The translations under genes were made by a program, and so were the position numbers. This document shows, one piece after another, positions 42,511 to 53,591 of a DNA stretch of 64,000 nt. A model generated the notes under the pieces. The model did no database searches. It was not told the origin of the DNA and worked only from the letters and a program-made list of their open reading frames with translations. The stretch is from Candidatus Bathyarchaeota archaeon (GTDB taxonomy: Archaea; Thermoproteota; Bathyarchaeia; Bathyarchaeales; Bathycorpusculaceae), in assembly GCA_963775685.1 (NCBI GenBank), contig CAVZJV010000014.1, positions 1,408,001 through 1,472,000 of the forward strand, written 5' to 3'. Positions within the stretch are counted from its first letter, which is position 1, and each line of letters opens with the position of its first letter.

Positions 42511-45114
42511 CTAAGTGCTTTTCCGCAGGATTTTCTGCAGCTCCATCCAAAAGGTTGCCGCGAACGACACAGCAATGACAAGAACCCAGCCCTGCCAGCT
42601 TAAACCCGTGATCTGTAAAGCGGCCTGAACAGGTGGCAGAGAAGTCCCAACAAGCAAAGTCACGAAAACCAGCAAGGCCCACAACAACATCACTTTGTTG
42701 GACAGTAAACCCTCCTTAATCAGCGGTTCCTGCTCAGATCGGAAGTTGAGAGCAAGGAAAATATGCCCAAACATCCAGGTCGCAAAAGCCACCGTTCTCG
42801 CGTAAGTAACGTCATTGGTCGTATAATATGCGAATAGATAAGTAGCTGTGACAGCTCCAAAGAGGCTCAAGGCACCTAGGAATAGACGTTTTAACAGGGG
42901 TTTGTTTAGGAATTTCTCTTTTGGGCTGATGGGTGGGTCGTGCATACTTCCAACTGCCCCGGGTTCAGCTACAAACGTTGCGGACGCCGCCAAGTCCATG
43001 AAGAGTTCCAACACTATGATTTGGATTGGGGCAAAGGGCAGAGGAATCCCAAGAATTATTGGAACAAGAAATATTGAGACAAGGGCTACTTTGCAGGCAA
43101 GATAGTAACGAACGCCTTTTCGCAGGTTGCTAAACAGTTTGCGCCCTTCTTTAACAGCAGTTTCTATAGTCGCAAAGTTGTCATCGGTTAAAATCATGCT
43201 TGCGGACTCTTTTGCTACATCTGTCCCGCGTATACCCATGGCAACACCAATGTGGGCTTCTTTTAGGGCAGGAGCATCGTTAATTCCGTCCCCTGTCACA
43301 GCAACGACTTCACCGTTCTCCTTGAGCAGTCTAACCAGACGAAGTTTATCTTCAGGCGTCGCCCTAGCAAAAACAAACGTGTCCTTCAATGCAGCCTTCA
43401 AATCAGAGTCAGACATTTTTGCGATTTCGTCTCCAATTAACACGTTTGCGCTGCCTATGCCGACTTGGCTTGCGATTGTTCTTGCCGTTTCAGGGTGGTC
43501 ACCTGTAATCATGACGACTTTAATGCCTGCGTCTTTACAGGTTTGGATTGCTCCTTTGACTTCTTTGCGTGGAGGATCAATAAAGCCCACGACTCCGACG
43601 AGAACGATGTCGCGCTCAAGGTTTTTTTCATCTACTTGATAATCTGCTGGCAATCTGTGATAACCGAAAGCAAGCATCCGTTCGCCGGAACGCGCCATTT
43701 GAGATATTGCGCCAAGAACGCCTCTTCTTTGATCATCGGCTAGCGGTGTCTCTTCTCCTTTGAGTAGAATGCTGTTGGAGTTTGCAAGGATTCTTTCTGG
43801 TGCACCACTGGACAGAGCTATGAGGGAGCCCCCGTAAAGGTAAATGTAGGTTGCAAGTTTGCGTTTAACATCAAAATCCAGCTCATCTTTGAGAATCCAC
43901 CCTGCCAACAGAGCCTGAAGGCTGAGACCACCCTGCTTTAAGCGCAATAATATTGCCCGGGACATCGGATTACCCAACACTTCAGGGTCGCTGATAGCGT
44001 CGCTTGTCAAAAAAGCGGTTCGCAGAGCTGATTTCTCGTTTTCCCCAAAATCTCTTGCTGAGGTCACTCTTCCATCAAAATAGAGGTGCTCAACGCGCAT
44101 CTGATTCTCCGTAATCGTTCCTGTTTTGTCCGTGGCGATGACAGTTATGTTTCCAAGAGTTTCTGCTGCACGCAACCGCTTAACAATCGCACCTTTCCTT
44201 GACAATGCATAGCTGCCTACACCCAAAACCATCGTAATTATTATTGGGAGCTCTTCAGGGATCACAACAAACGCCAAAGATAAGCCATATAGAACAGCTT
44301 CAGCAGGGCTTGGCTGCAAACCTCGAAAGTAGCTTAAAACAGGTATAATGATGGCAAAGAAGAGCGCAACCCAAACCAGCGTCTTGGAAAGCTGCTTCAT
44401 TGCTAATTGCAATTGGGTTTTGGGTTCTTTGGCGGCTTTAGTGATGCCTACTACTCTGCCGAGCTCTGTGTTTATGCCCGTTGCAGTTATGAGCGCTTTA
44501 GCTCTGCCCCTAGTAACTACAGTCCCACTGAAAAGCATGTTTGTTTGGTCAGGTATTCTGGCTTCACCAGACAGAACCGCCGCGGCGTCTTTGGAGACTG
44601 GGAATGATTCGCCCGTCAGAGAGGACTCGTCAACTTCTAAACCGTAGGCTTCCAAAAGCCTAGCATCCGCAGGCACACGCTGCCCCACTTTCAAAACCAA
44701 TACATCGCCTGGAACCAAAAACGTGGTCTGAACCTCTTTTGACTGCCCACTCCTAACTACGAACGCGGTTGGCGGCGCCAGTTGTCTTAGGGCTGAGATT
44801 GAACGTTTGGCGCGGTACTCGTTCCAGACCTCCGCCAAGACCAGAATAATTATGATTACAATAATCGTTAAGGCATCTGTTAAGCCACCTAAGATGCTGT
44901 AGAGGACACCCACAGCGATGAGCAGCAAAATCATAGGTTCAGTAATTTCTTCACGCAATATGTCCAAGAAAAGGATTTCTTTTTCTTCCACTATGCTATT
45001 TTTTCCGTGCTGGTTTAGACGCACCGCTGCCTCTTGGTCTTCTAAACCTTTCTCAGGGTCAACGCCCAATGAACGAACCAGTTCTTGCAAAGTTTTTGAA
45101 TGCGGTTGACTCAC
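42511..45114 (-). CDS. P2-type cation-transporting ATPase
   Basis: TGES, IPEEL, DKTGT, DPPR, TGD, GDGINDAP. Confidence 0.93.
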   Translation of the reverse strand: MSQPHSKTLQELVRSLGVDPEKGLEDQEAAVRLNQHGKNSIVEEKEILFLDILREEITEPMILLLIAVGVLYSILGGLTDALTIIVIIIILVLAEVWNEYRAKRSISALRQLAPPTAFVVRSGQSKEVQTTFLVPGDVLVLKVGQRVPADARLLEAYGLEVDESSLTGESFPVSKDAAAVLSGEARIPDQTNMLFSGTVVTRGRAKALITATGINTELGRVVGITKAAKEPKTQLQLAMKQLSKTLVWVALFFAIIIPVLSYFRGLQPSPAEAVLYGLSLAFVVIPEELPIIITMVLGVGSYALSRKGAIVKRLRAAETLGNITVIATDKTGTITENQMRVEHLYFDGRVTSARDFGENEKSALRTAFLTSDAISDPEVLGNPMSRAILLRLKQGGLSLQALLAGWILKDELDFDVKRKLATYIYLYGGSLIALSSGAPERILANSNSILLKGEETPLADDQRRGVLGAISQMARSGERMLAFGYHRLPADYQVDEKNLERDIVLVGVVGFIDPPRKEVKGAIQTCKDAGIKVVMITGDHPETARTIASQVGIGSANVLIGDEIAKMSDSDLKAALKDTFVFARATPEDKLRLVRLLKENGEVVAVTGDGINDAPALKEAHIGVAMGIRGTDVAKESASMILTDDNFATIETAVKEGRKLFSNLRKGVRYYLACKVALVSIFLVPIILGIPLPFAPIQIIVLELFMDLAASATFVAEPGAVGSMHDPPISPKEKFLNKPLLKRLFLGALSLFGAVTATYLFAYYTTNDVTYARTVAFATWMFGHIFLALNFRSEQEPLIKEGLLSNKVMLLWALLVFVTLLVGTSLPPVQAALQITGLSWQGWVLVIAVSFAATFWMELQKILRKST

Positions 45115-45382
45115 GGAAGCACCTAAACCTAACTCTAAGTGGAATAATTACTAAAGTTTGCGAATCGACTATGCCCTAAAAAGATTACGCAAGTAATTGC
45201 GACAAATTACCAAAACTTCCCGAACAAACCTGTAAAAAATCATTTTGACATTATAATCACTATAATTAGCCATCTTAAGCAAACGCCAAACACCAATTTA
45301 CTTTTTTTAACTTATGAGGGACTTATTATGCAAAACTTTATAACATTGCCGAACGTTTTGAGTCTAAAAAGGTAGAAGCAAG

Positions 45383-46303
45383 ATGAAATTCGGCACATAC
45401 ATGTTTGAAGCAAAGAAAGTTCCAGGCTTCGACTATGACCTTTTCCGAGTAAAACCAGAAGTAGGCAGACGAATGCCCCCAAAAGCTGACATGCATAGCA
45501 ACATTGCGATTTTCGGAGACAACGTAACTGCCCGCCTCCACCCAGACTGGATTTCACAATCCGACCTAGGTCCAGCATGGAGAACCAATGACAACTTTAA
45601 CGTTCGCTGGGAAGTCCTCTGCGCAACCCAACCAGATCACAGAGCAGAACAACTCGACTACATCGAAGACGTTGCACGCAAAAGCGAAGGCATCTGGCTA
45701 AACAGCATCCACTTCGCAGAACACGGCCACTGCACATGCCCACGCTGCAAAGACCTTTGGAAGAAAAGCGGCCTTAGCTGGTATGAATGGAGACGAAAAG
45801 AAATCACCGACTATATGGCACAAGTAAGCGACCGCGTACGCAACAAAGCAAAGAAAAAATTCGTCATCGGCGTCCTGCCAGACCCAGTCACAAACTATGA
45901 ACGCTTCGGCGTCAACTTCGACGACCTCGCACCACTAACCGACGAATTCCTCGTCGTGATGTTCAGCAAAAACTACGCTACACCATGGTACTGGGAAATG
46001 CTTACCCGCAACTTCAAAAAACTCTTCAAAGACGTCAAACTAAACGTTGCACTCTACGTCATCGGGCCCGGCGACGATCCAAAAGAAACACCAACTCCAA
46101 GCGAACTCTTAACCGTATCAGTCCGCATGGCACGCGCTGGATTAGACGGAATCCTTTACCTCACAGACAAAGCAGCACAAATGCAAGAATTCCAGAAAGC
46201 CGCAATCGCCCAAAAAGATGTACGCGAACGCCTCATTAGCTACGGCGGAAAGCAAGGTCAAGAAGTTCTCGACTTAGTCACAAGCTGGGAAAAGATAGTT
46301 TAA
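45383..46303 (+). CDS. hypothetical glycoside-hydrolase-like TIM-barrel protein with CxCxxC motif
   Basis: GIWLNSIHF, HCTCPRC, WYEWRRKEITDY pattern seen in GHL10-like proteins. Confidence 0.55.
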   Translation: MKFGTYMFEAKKVPGFDYDLFRVKPEVGRRMPPKADMHSNIAIFGDNVTARLHPDWISQSDLGPAWRTNDNFNVRWEVLCATQPDHRAEQLDYIEDVARKSEGIWLNSIHFAEHGHCTCPRCKDLWKKSGLSWYEWRRKEITDYMAQVSDRVRNKAKKKFVIGVLPDPVTNYERFGVNFDDLAPLTDEFLVVMFSKNYATPWYWEMLTRNFKKLFKDVKLNVALYVIGPGDDPKETPTPSELLTVSVRMARAGLDGILYLTDKAAQMQEFQKAAIAQKDVRERLISYGGKQGQEVLDLVTSWEKIV

Positions 46304-46373
46304 GAAAAACAAACCATTGCAGGCATGAGTGGAAAAAACCACCAGGCTGCCCTTTTTATTTAATCTAATTTGC

Positions 46374-46805
46374 TTAATGTATATAACCTAAGTTTTTCTT
46401 CTGCGTTTCGTTGATTTCCTTCATAGATTCGTAGTGCGCTTCGATAAGGATTTTGAGTGCCTCGATGTTTTTCTTTATGTCTTCGACTTCGCCTGTTTTC
46501 TGCAAGACTCCAGACTGGATCAACTGCTGGTTTATCTTGTCAACGGAGACTTCAAGCACCTTGACTTTGAAAGCAAAAATCTGAAGCGAATACAGCAAAG
46601 TCAACTGGGAGTTAAGCCTATCTAAACGTTCCAACTCTAAGGTTTTGCGCATAAACGCCTTAATTTTATGTTCCTGCGATGCTTCCGGCGAAGCAAGAAG
46701 TTGGTCATAAATTGCTGAGTGCCTTGCAGTTACTTCTTTTGTTTCATCCACAACTTTCTGCACACGTTTTGCGGTTCTATCCAGCATTTCTAAGACTTCG
46801 TCCAA
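46374..46805 (-). CDS. hypothetical coiled-coil protein
   Basis: 143-aa helical ORF; TTG start after a GGAG-containing upstream sequence. Confidence 0.65.
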   Translation of the reverse strand: MDEVLEMLDRTAKRVQKVVDETKEVTARHSAIYDQLLASPEASQEHKIKAFMRKTLELERLDRLNSQLTLLYSLQIFAFKVKVLEVSVDKINQQLIQSGVLQKTGEVEDIKKNIEALKILIEAHYESMKEINETQKKNLGYIH

Positions 46806-46958
46806 TCCTGTTCTCTCCTAATCAATAGTTATCTTACTTCCAAGCACTGTATAACCCACTATATATATAATTTAGAGCCGGCTGACTGGTTTTTTAATAG
46901 TTAAGCTTTTAGGCACTTTGCTACATAGTAGATCCATAAATCAGAATAGAGGAATATT

Positions 46959-47027
46959 ATGCCTTCATTAGCAAAAAAGAATGCAGCAAAAAAGAAAAAA
47001 CATGAAGAAAAAACCGGAAAGAAGTAG
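46959..47027 (+). CDS. 22-aa lysine-rich small ORF
   Basis: GAGG SD, MPSLAKKNAAKKKKHEEKTGKK*, immediately followed by a T-rich tract. Confidence 0.5.
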   Translation: MPSLAKKNAAKKKKHEEKTGKK

Positions 47028-47658
47028 TTCTTTTCTTTTTTGAACGCTACTTTAACCGAAAAATCCTAAACATCTTTTCTCTTTGTTATAGTTACTATCT
47101 TTAATACTGCCGAATGTTGCGGATTGGGCTTCTACATTAAGGATATGTTGGCGTTTGAGATTGCGGGGTGAGGTAGGAGGCCAAGGAATACGGTATTAAC
47201 CTTACACTGGGGTAGTGATTCTGGTTCGTGTGATTTAGCACCTGGTTCCTGCCGCTTTTCAATTCTCAGTTTTCAAGAGCATCCCATTAACGAATATTTG
47301 GATTTTAATTTTTATCTGCAAGCTCATGCGATAAAAATAAAAATAAACCAAAATAAACCTTGTCAGAAATAATCGTCAAGAGTTTATTCATAGTTGTTGA
47401 GGCAGAAAAGGCCCATACCACAACAAATAGCTGCATCGCCTCCCAAGTTGCATTTTTTTCAAGTTGGCTTAATATTTTCTTCTTGCTCGCTCGCGGCCTC
47501 GAACAACAGTAGGCTATAATCAGATAACAAGAATTCACCATAAAACTACTCACGTTCACTGAGGCAATTTGGTAACCGATTTGTGTAACTACAGTTCAAA
47601 AGGTTAAGCCCTAAAAAAGACCGTGTAGCCAAAAGCGGATTGCGATGATTACGGTTCT

Positions 47659-47775
47659 TTAATGTTTTATTTTTTTCTTGCTTCCATCGTCAAAAGGAAG
47701 AATGTTAAGGTTTGTAGGGTTTACTTTTAAGTTGGTTTTAGATTCAACAATTGCATTTTTGTCTGCTTTTCTCAT
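47659..47775 (-). CDS. 38-aa basic small ORF
   Basis: GGAGGT SD 7 nt before ATG; MRKADKNAIVESKTNLKVNPTNLNILPFDDGSKKKIKH*. Confidence 0.4.
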   Translation of the reverse strand: MRKADKNAIVESKTNLKVNPTNLNILPFDDGSKKKIKH

Positions 47776-47871
47776 GCTTATTACCTCCCATTAGTTATTC
47801 ATGTTACCCCTTAAAAGTTTAAGCTAATAGAAAAATGAAGTCTTAAAACCAACTTTTGAAATCATATGAGA

Positions 47872-47894
47872 GCAGACTTGAGGATTTGAACCCA
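47872..47894 (-). repeat. degenerate tRNA 3'-end-like (att-like) remnant
   Basis: gcagacttgaggatttgaaccca resembles tRNA-Ala ggtggactgggggggatttgaaccc; same orientation. Confidence 0.4.
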
Positions 47895-47928
47895 CTTTTG
47901 GGCGCATTGTGCTTCTCGTTGAATTTTA

Positions 47929-48448
47929 TTAATTACTGAGTGAATGCACATATTCAAGGATGCCTTTGATGTTTTCTTTTCTTGTGGAGACGATTAGTTT
48001 TGAATAAGCAGCCAGCATCCCTATCTCGTCGGATGTCTTGTTTTTTTCAAGCTTAACCTAAATCTAAAAAGCATCATTATAACCCTATTAGAAAAATTCA
48101 GTTTGCTAAAATCGAACCCTCCTCGAAGATGATACAATTTAAGGTTCTTTGGTCTTTCACCAGAAAAGTTGCTTTTCCATATTTCAGACTCTATGTTTTC
48201 TTTTGGTGGAGAACAGCAAACACTCTAATTTTTTAACGGTTAGAAGCGGAAGGTTCTGCGTGATGAGTTTTACTCCATTAATTCCAACCGCATACAAGCT
48301 GCCCCCAAAAATTATCGTTTCAAATTCGGAGTTTTTCAGCTTTAATATCTCTGGCTTCAAAGAGGGCAGCCTTAAGGTCTTCGGATATCCATTCTGCATA
48401 TTTTTTTGTGAAACCTGAAAGTGACCTATATACGACCACGATTCGCAA
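47929..48448 (-). pseudogene. flavodoxin-domain (HemG-like) protein with multiple frameshifts
   Basis: RIVVVYRSLSGFTKKYAEWISE / FETIIFGGSLYAVGINGVK / LYHLRGGFDFSKL fall in different frames. Confidence 0.75.
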
Positions 48449-48651
48449 GGCTCAATCATTAACCTTTTTGATAAAAACTTATCGAGTTCCGTGTGGTTTG
48501 TTTAAAAAGATTTAGAGTGGACTATCGGTAATCGAACTCAGAGAAAACAAGACAGTCCAACCATTTCTCTAATTTTAAAGACAGTTTATTCTAAACAGTA
48601 AGAAATTAAAGCATAACCATCTTATCTGTCCAACCACAGGAAGAATATCGC

Positions 48652-49491
48652 TTGCCAATTTTCGTAATTAAAGCAGATGGCTCCAACCAGCTATTTGATA
48701 AAGAAAAAATAATGCAGACCTGCCTAAGAATGGGCGCAAATCGCGAGGTTGCGTTTCAAGTCGCGCAAGAAGTGGAAAAAAGACTCTACGAAAACATAAC
48801 AACGCAGAAAATCCTTCAAATAATTTTCGCTCTGATGCGAAAACACAAGCCCGCTGTCAAGCACCTCTTTGACCTCAAAGAGGGAATAAGCTTAATGGAG
48901 GCCAAACCCGAATTCGAGGTTTTTGTCCGAGTGCTATTAGCTTATAGCGGTTTTCAAGTTAAGCCTAACACGATTCTTAGGGGATTGTGTGGGGAACATG
49001 AAGTTGATGCTTTAGCCACCAAAGATGGTTTAACTCATCTGGTGGAAGCAAAACATCACAATAACTACCACGCCCTCACCGGACTGGATGAGAGCCGCAT
49101 AGCCCGAGCAATAATAGAGGATGTGACAGAAGGCTACACAAATGGCGCAACTGAAATCAAAATTGACCGAGCAATGATAGTCTCCAACACCAAATACTCA
49201 GATCATGCCATAAACTATGGTCGTTGCCGCGGCATTTTGCAGGTAGGATGGTCTTCTCCTGAAGGTTTTGGGCTAAGAGACATCATTGAGAAAAACAAGT
49301 TGTATCCTTTGAGTTGCCTTCGAGGGGTCAGCAAAGAGGCAAGATTACGCCTTGTTGACGCGGGGATAGTGCTCATAAAACAGTTGCTGGAGCAGGATAG
49401 TCGATACCTCGAAAGGAGAATGGGGCTACCGCACGAAACTGTTTTGTCTTTGATTGAAAAAGCCAGACATATAACAGAAACGTTATGGTAA
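48652..49491 (+). CDS. ATP-cone plus Mrr-like restriction endonuclease domain protein
   Basis: VIKADG...FDKEKI ATP cone; EFEVFV, HEVDALA, LVEAKHH PD-(D/E)XK. Confidence 0.8.
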   Translation: MPIFVIKADGSNQLFDKEKIMQTCLRMGANREVAFQVAQEVEKRLYENITTQKILQIIFALMRKHKPAVKHLFDLKEGISLMEAKPEFEVFVRVLLAYSGFQVKPNTILRGLCGEHEVDALATKDGLTHLVEAKHHNNYHALTGLDESRIARAIIEDVTEGYTNGATEIKIDRAMIVSNTKYSDHAINYGRCRGILQVGWSSPEGFGLRDIIEKNKLYPLSCLRGVSKEARLRLVDAGIVLIKQLLEQDSRYLERRMGLPHETVLSLIEKARHITETLW

Positions 49492-49829
49492 AATAATTAA
49501 CATTTAGCGAAAAGAAAAATGTTAATCTTATTTTTTATGAAAGTTTTAGAGTTTTAACAGCTGACGTTTCTGAATTAAGATATCTGATACTTTTTCCTTT
49601 GGGAAAGTTGGGCTAACCATAAGTACTACACACATAACAGTTTATTGCCTTTTAGGCTGGATGTAAACGGCTGTCAAAGAAAAGGTGACTGAAATAGAGG
49701 TTCAAACAGCAATTCAAAATTCTATTTTATTTTGGGGCAAAGAGGTAAGGTTAATTGAAATTAATCATCTTTCTGCTGAATTTTATCCGTTGTTAACTCG
49801 GTTCTTTTTAGTTCAGGCAGGCTTTTGAA

Positions 49830-50909
49830 ATGAGTTCGGAAACAAATCCTAAGCTTTCGAAGCCTGTTCTTTTGGTCTCAATTATTGGGCTGGTTGTTTT
49901 CGTTTTATATCTCTATTACTTTGTTGGTGTTTCTGATTTCATTTATGCTCTGGAGAAGCTGAATCCCTGGTTTTATTCGTTAGCTTTCGTTTTGGTTGTT
50001 GTCAGCGTTTTTTTTCACTCTATTGTTTGGCGTGGCCTTTTAGGTAACCTGTCTACTCATATCAGGATCAAATCGGCCTTTTTGCTCGGTTGGGTCGGAA
50101 TTTTCGTGGACAATATTCTTCCAGGCGGCGTAACCGGCGATTTATTCAAAGCTTATTGGTTGTGCAAAACTGAGGCCCATGACACAGGTAGCGTTGTTGC
50201 ATCCGTTATTGCCCATAAAATCCTAATAATTACGGTGATTTTGGCAAACACTATCGTCGGATTATTGTTATGGGTTTTGAGCTATGGGAATATGGACTCA
50301 GCAGTCTTTGGAATAATAGTAGGACTTTCTTCAATACTCATTTTTACACTAATGATGATATTCTATCTAAGCAACAATTCCCGAGCAACAGGCAAACTGC
50401 TAGATTGGCTTATTCGGTTAATCAGTTTTTTTAAGAGGAACAAATGGAACTCTTCAGGTTTTAGAGGCAAAATGGAAAAAAATCTAAGTGATTTTCACAC
50501 AGGTTTTGTTACCCTTAGAGCGAATCCACGCGGTTTATTGTTACCGGCAACTTTCACGGTTCTGGCTTGGGCTACAGATATCGTTGTTTTTATTTTGTGT
50601 TTTATGGCTTTGGGCTACAATTTACCGGCCTTCCAAGCTTTAATTGCGTACGCGTTGACTGCAACTTTGCTCGTTGAAGGTGTATCCTTTTTAGGCTTCA
50701 ACGAGATTATAAGAAGTTCTCTTTTCATAGCTTTGGGAATCCCAGCAGCCATAGGCGTGACTTCCATTCTTCTAAACAGGCTAGCAACTTTCTGGTTTAG
50801 AATGGTGGTTTCCTACGGCGTTTTTCATTGGAAAGTAATTGGGCATTATACTTTGAGGCGTTCCGCCCCTCTGGGTGATAATGCATATAATTGTTCCGAG
50901 ATTCCCTGA
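49830..50909 (+). CDS. UPF0104 / lysylphosphatidylglycerol synthase TM (flippase-like) protein
   Basis: FVDNILPGG..GDLFKAY, LNRLATFW; multiple TM helices. Confidence 0.82.
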   Translation: MSSETNPKLSKPVLLVSIIGLVVFVLYLYYFVGVSDFIYALEKLNPWFYSLAFVLVVVSVFFHSIVWRGLLGNLSTHIRIKSAFLLGWVGIFVDNILPGGVTGDLFKAYWLCKTEAHDTGSVVASVIAHKILIITVILANTIVGLLLWVLSYGNMDSAVFGIIVGLSSILIFTLMMIFYLSNNSRATGKLLDWLIRLISFFKRNKWNSSGFRGKMEKNLSDFHTGFVTLRANPRGLLLPATFTVLAWATDIVVFILCFMALGYNLPAFQALIAYALTATLLVEGVSFLGFNEIIRSSLFIALGIPAAIGVTSILLNRLATFWFRMVVSYGVFHWKVIGHYTLRRSAPLGDNAYNCSEIP

Positions 50910-51135
50910 AATGGTATTAACTCCTATTTTGCTTCCTACTTAACATTTGTTCAAATACTATCCGAGCTTTGAAAGGTGAACCAATCTAAGTTACCTAACT
51001 AAGGAACCATTGATCCATTGTTGTACTTAAAACGAAAGTAAGACTTCAGCCTATGGTGATGTTTGTTCTGTAACCTAAGTATTTATGCAACTGACCTTAA
51101 CCTAAAGTCTTGCTACGTGGAAGCGCACTGCAGAA

Positions 51136-51465
51136 CTATGCCCAACGAGTCGGCCAGTGTGAACTTTGAAAGAGCTCTGTTCTGAACACCATGAAATTTT
51201 CAAGTTGTGGAGGGCTTTCAAGTGAATCTTGGACTTTTTTGGTAGCTTGAGTAAATATTTCTTTTTCAGACTTGTTTAATGCCTCAACATCTGCCCATAA
51301 AGTCAGAATTGTTGCGGAGTTCAAGTCTTGAGAAAGCAGCGACATTGAGCCCCGAAAACCTTCAGTTTCATGGACTAAGGTGCTCAGCAAATGCTCAAGC
51401 TCTAAAAAAGCTTCTTTACGTTTATCTTTTTTAAAATTCCACTTACTCACTCTGGCTAAAACCAT
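51136..51465 (-). CDS. ABM (antibiotic biosynthesis monooxygenase)-like dimeric barrel protein
   Basis: ARVSKW, EGFRGSMSL, ILTLWAD. Confidence 0.65.
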   Translation of the reverse strand: MVLARVSKWNFKKDKRKEAFLELEHLLSTLVHETEGFRGSMSLLSQDLNSATILTLWADVEALNKSEKEIFTQATKKVQDSLESPPQLENFMVFRTELFQSSHWPTRWA

Positions 51466-51712
51466 AGGAAATTCACCTGGATATAATTTAAGCGGTTCTC
51501 CCTTAAATAACCTAGTAATAAATAACGCACATATCAAAATCCTCGATTAATTTAGGTGCTTGGTGGTGCATAGTCTTGATTAAGGAGTGTGTGGGGATGG
51601 ATGGTGTGGGAGTTGGATTTGTGTACGAATCGTAGTTTCCAAGCTATTTTATAAGAATCGATAAATGTTTCGTTTTTTAACTTATGTTTTGAATTATTGT
51701 TGGGGCAACTAA

Positions 51713-53297
51713 GTGAGTAAAGCTTCAGATATAGCCAAGACATCGACGAAAGGTAGTTTTCATTATCTTTGGGGTCTAGTACTCTCCACGGTGATCTCAG
51801 CTGTGGGCACTATATTCATAGCCAGGCTTCTTGGCTCTGACCAATACGGACTATACACAATCGTGTTGGCTGCGCCATCGCTCATCGTTACATTCAGGGA
51901 CTGGGGAATAAACTCCGCCATGATAAAATTCACCGCTCAATATCGTGCCGAAGAGAGAATCGCAGAAATCAGAAGCATATTTCTCACAGGCGTACTCTTC
52001 GAAGTCATCTTAGGCATAGTGCTCTCTTTGCTCTCGTTTGCATTTGCTGGTTTTTTGGCAACCAGTCTCTACAACCGACCCAGCATTGCACCTCTCATCG
52101 AGATCGCCTCATTCTCAATCCTTGCTGGCGCACTGATCACGGCAGCTACTGCAGCGTTTACAGGCTTTGAAAAGATGGAGCTAAACAGTATAATGCTTGT
52201 TTTCCACAGCATCTTTAAAACCGTTCTGATAGTTGTTCTTGGTGCTCTTGGGCTTAGGTGCTTCCGGCGCAACCACCGGCTTCATAATTAGTACTTTTAT
52301 TGGCGGATTAATCGGGATCGCTCTATTCTGGAAACTTTATGCGGGTTTGCCTAAGTCTGGTGGATATTCCCTGCAAATCAAGGCGTATTTGACTACTATG
52401 TTGACTTATGCTTTGCCCCTATCCTTTGCCGCAATCCTATCAAGTCTTTTGCCGCATTTCTACTCCTTCCTGCTGCCAATCCACTACTCCACAGACAACA
52501 CAATGATCGGAAACTATGGCATTGCCAATAACTTTGTGGTTTTAATATCCTTCTTTGCCCTACCGATCACAACAATGGTCTTCCCAGCTTTCTCCAAGCT
52601 ACATCCCATAAAAGATAAAGATGCTTTGCGCAGCGTTTTCCAGTTCTCAGTCAAGTACGCTTCGTTATTTGTTGTGCCCGTGACAGCTTTAATTATGTGT
52701 TTAGCCATACCTGCCGTGTCTACTTTATTTGGGGATACTTACAGTGCAGCCCCGCTTTTTTTGGCGTTGCTTGCAGCTCAGTATCTTTTTACTACTTTCG
52801 GATCCTTGAGCATCGGCGGTCTTCTGAGTGGTCAGGGAAACACAAGTTTCATTTTGAAAATGGCAATTTTGACTATAGGCATTGGTTTCCCCGTTGGCTA
52901 TGTTGGGATTATTTATTTTGGTGTCCTGGGGTTAATCATAACTTCGTTGATAACTGGCTTGCCAAGTTTAATTTGGGGACTGCTATTTGTCAGAAAAACT
53001 TATGGCGTCTCAGTTGATTGGCTGTCTTCTGTAAAGATTCTGGTAGCCTCAGCAATCGCAGCATCGGTGACCTTTACTGCAAATTCAATGTTTAGTTTTT
53101 CTAGTTTAGTTGAACTCGTCTTGGGCACAGCAATATTTATGATCGTTTTAGTCCCCTCCGCCTTGTTGGTCAGAACTGTTAGCCGCGACGATATAACGAA
53201 CCTGCGTGGAATGGTTGGCGGTTTAGGTGCAGTGGGTAGATTGTTTAGCAGAGTTTTGGGTGTTTTGGAAAAAATTATGGACGTCTTCAACCTATAG
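51713..53297 (+). CDS. Wzx/MOP-family polysaccharide flippase, split by a frameshift near 52240
   Basis: IARLLGSDQYGLY, DWGINSAMIKF, IGNYGIA, VFPAFS. Confidence 0.85.
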
Positions 53298-53377
53298 AGC
53301 GCAAACCCTTTTAGCGAACATGCTGTGATTCTTTTTAAAACAAAGAAAAACCCAAGTACTTCTCGTATAGCACAATT

Positions 53378-53434
53378 GGACGGGGATTTGAACCCATTGC
53401 AAAGTGGAGATATCACCCGTAAATCCTCTTTTTT
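53378..53434. repeat. left copy of a ~55-bp direct repeat with tRNA-3'-end-like core
   Basis: ggacggggatttgaacccattgcaaagtggagatatcacccgtaaatcctctttttt. Confidence 0.8.
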
Positions 53435-53591
53435 ATTTTCCAAAAACTTTTATTACTGTTTACCTTCACAATTGGCGTATTCGCACAGCTATATTGAAAA
53501 CAACGCATAACTTTTGAACAAACGCAAAGGTCAGGTTCAAATAATACTTAAATAGATTTTTACAAGCAACTAATGATAACTGGCGTTAACT

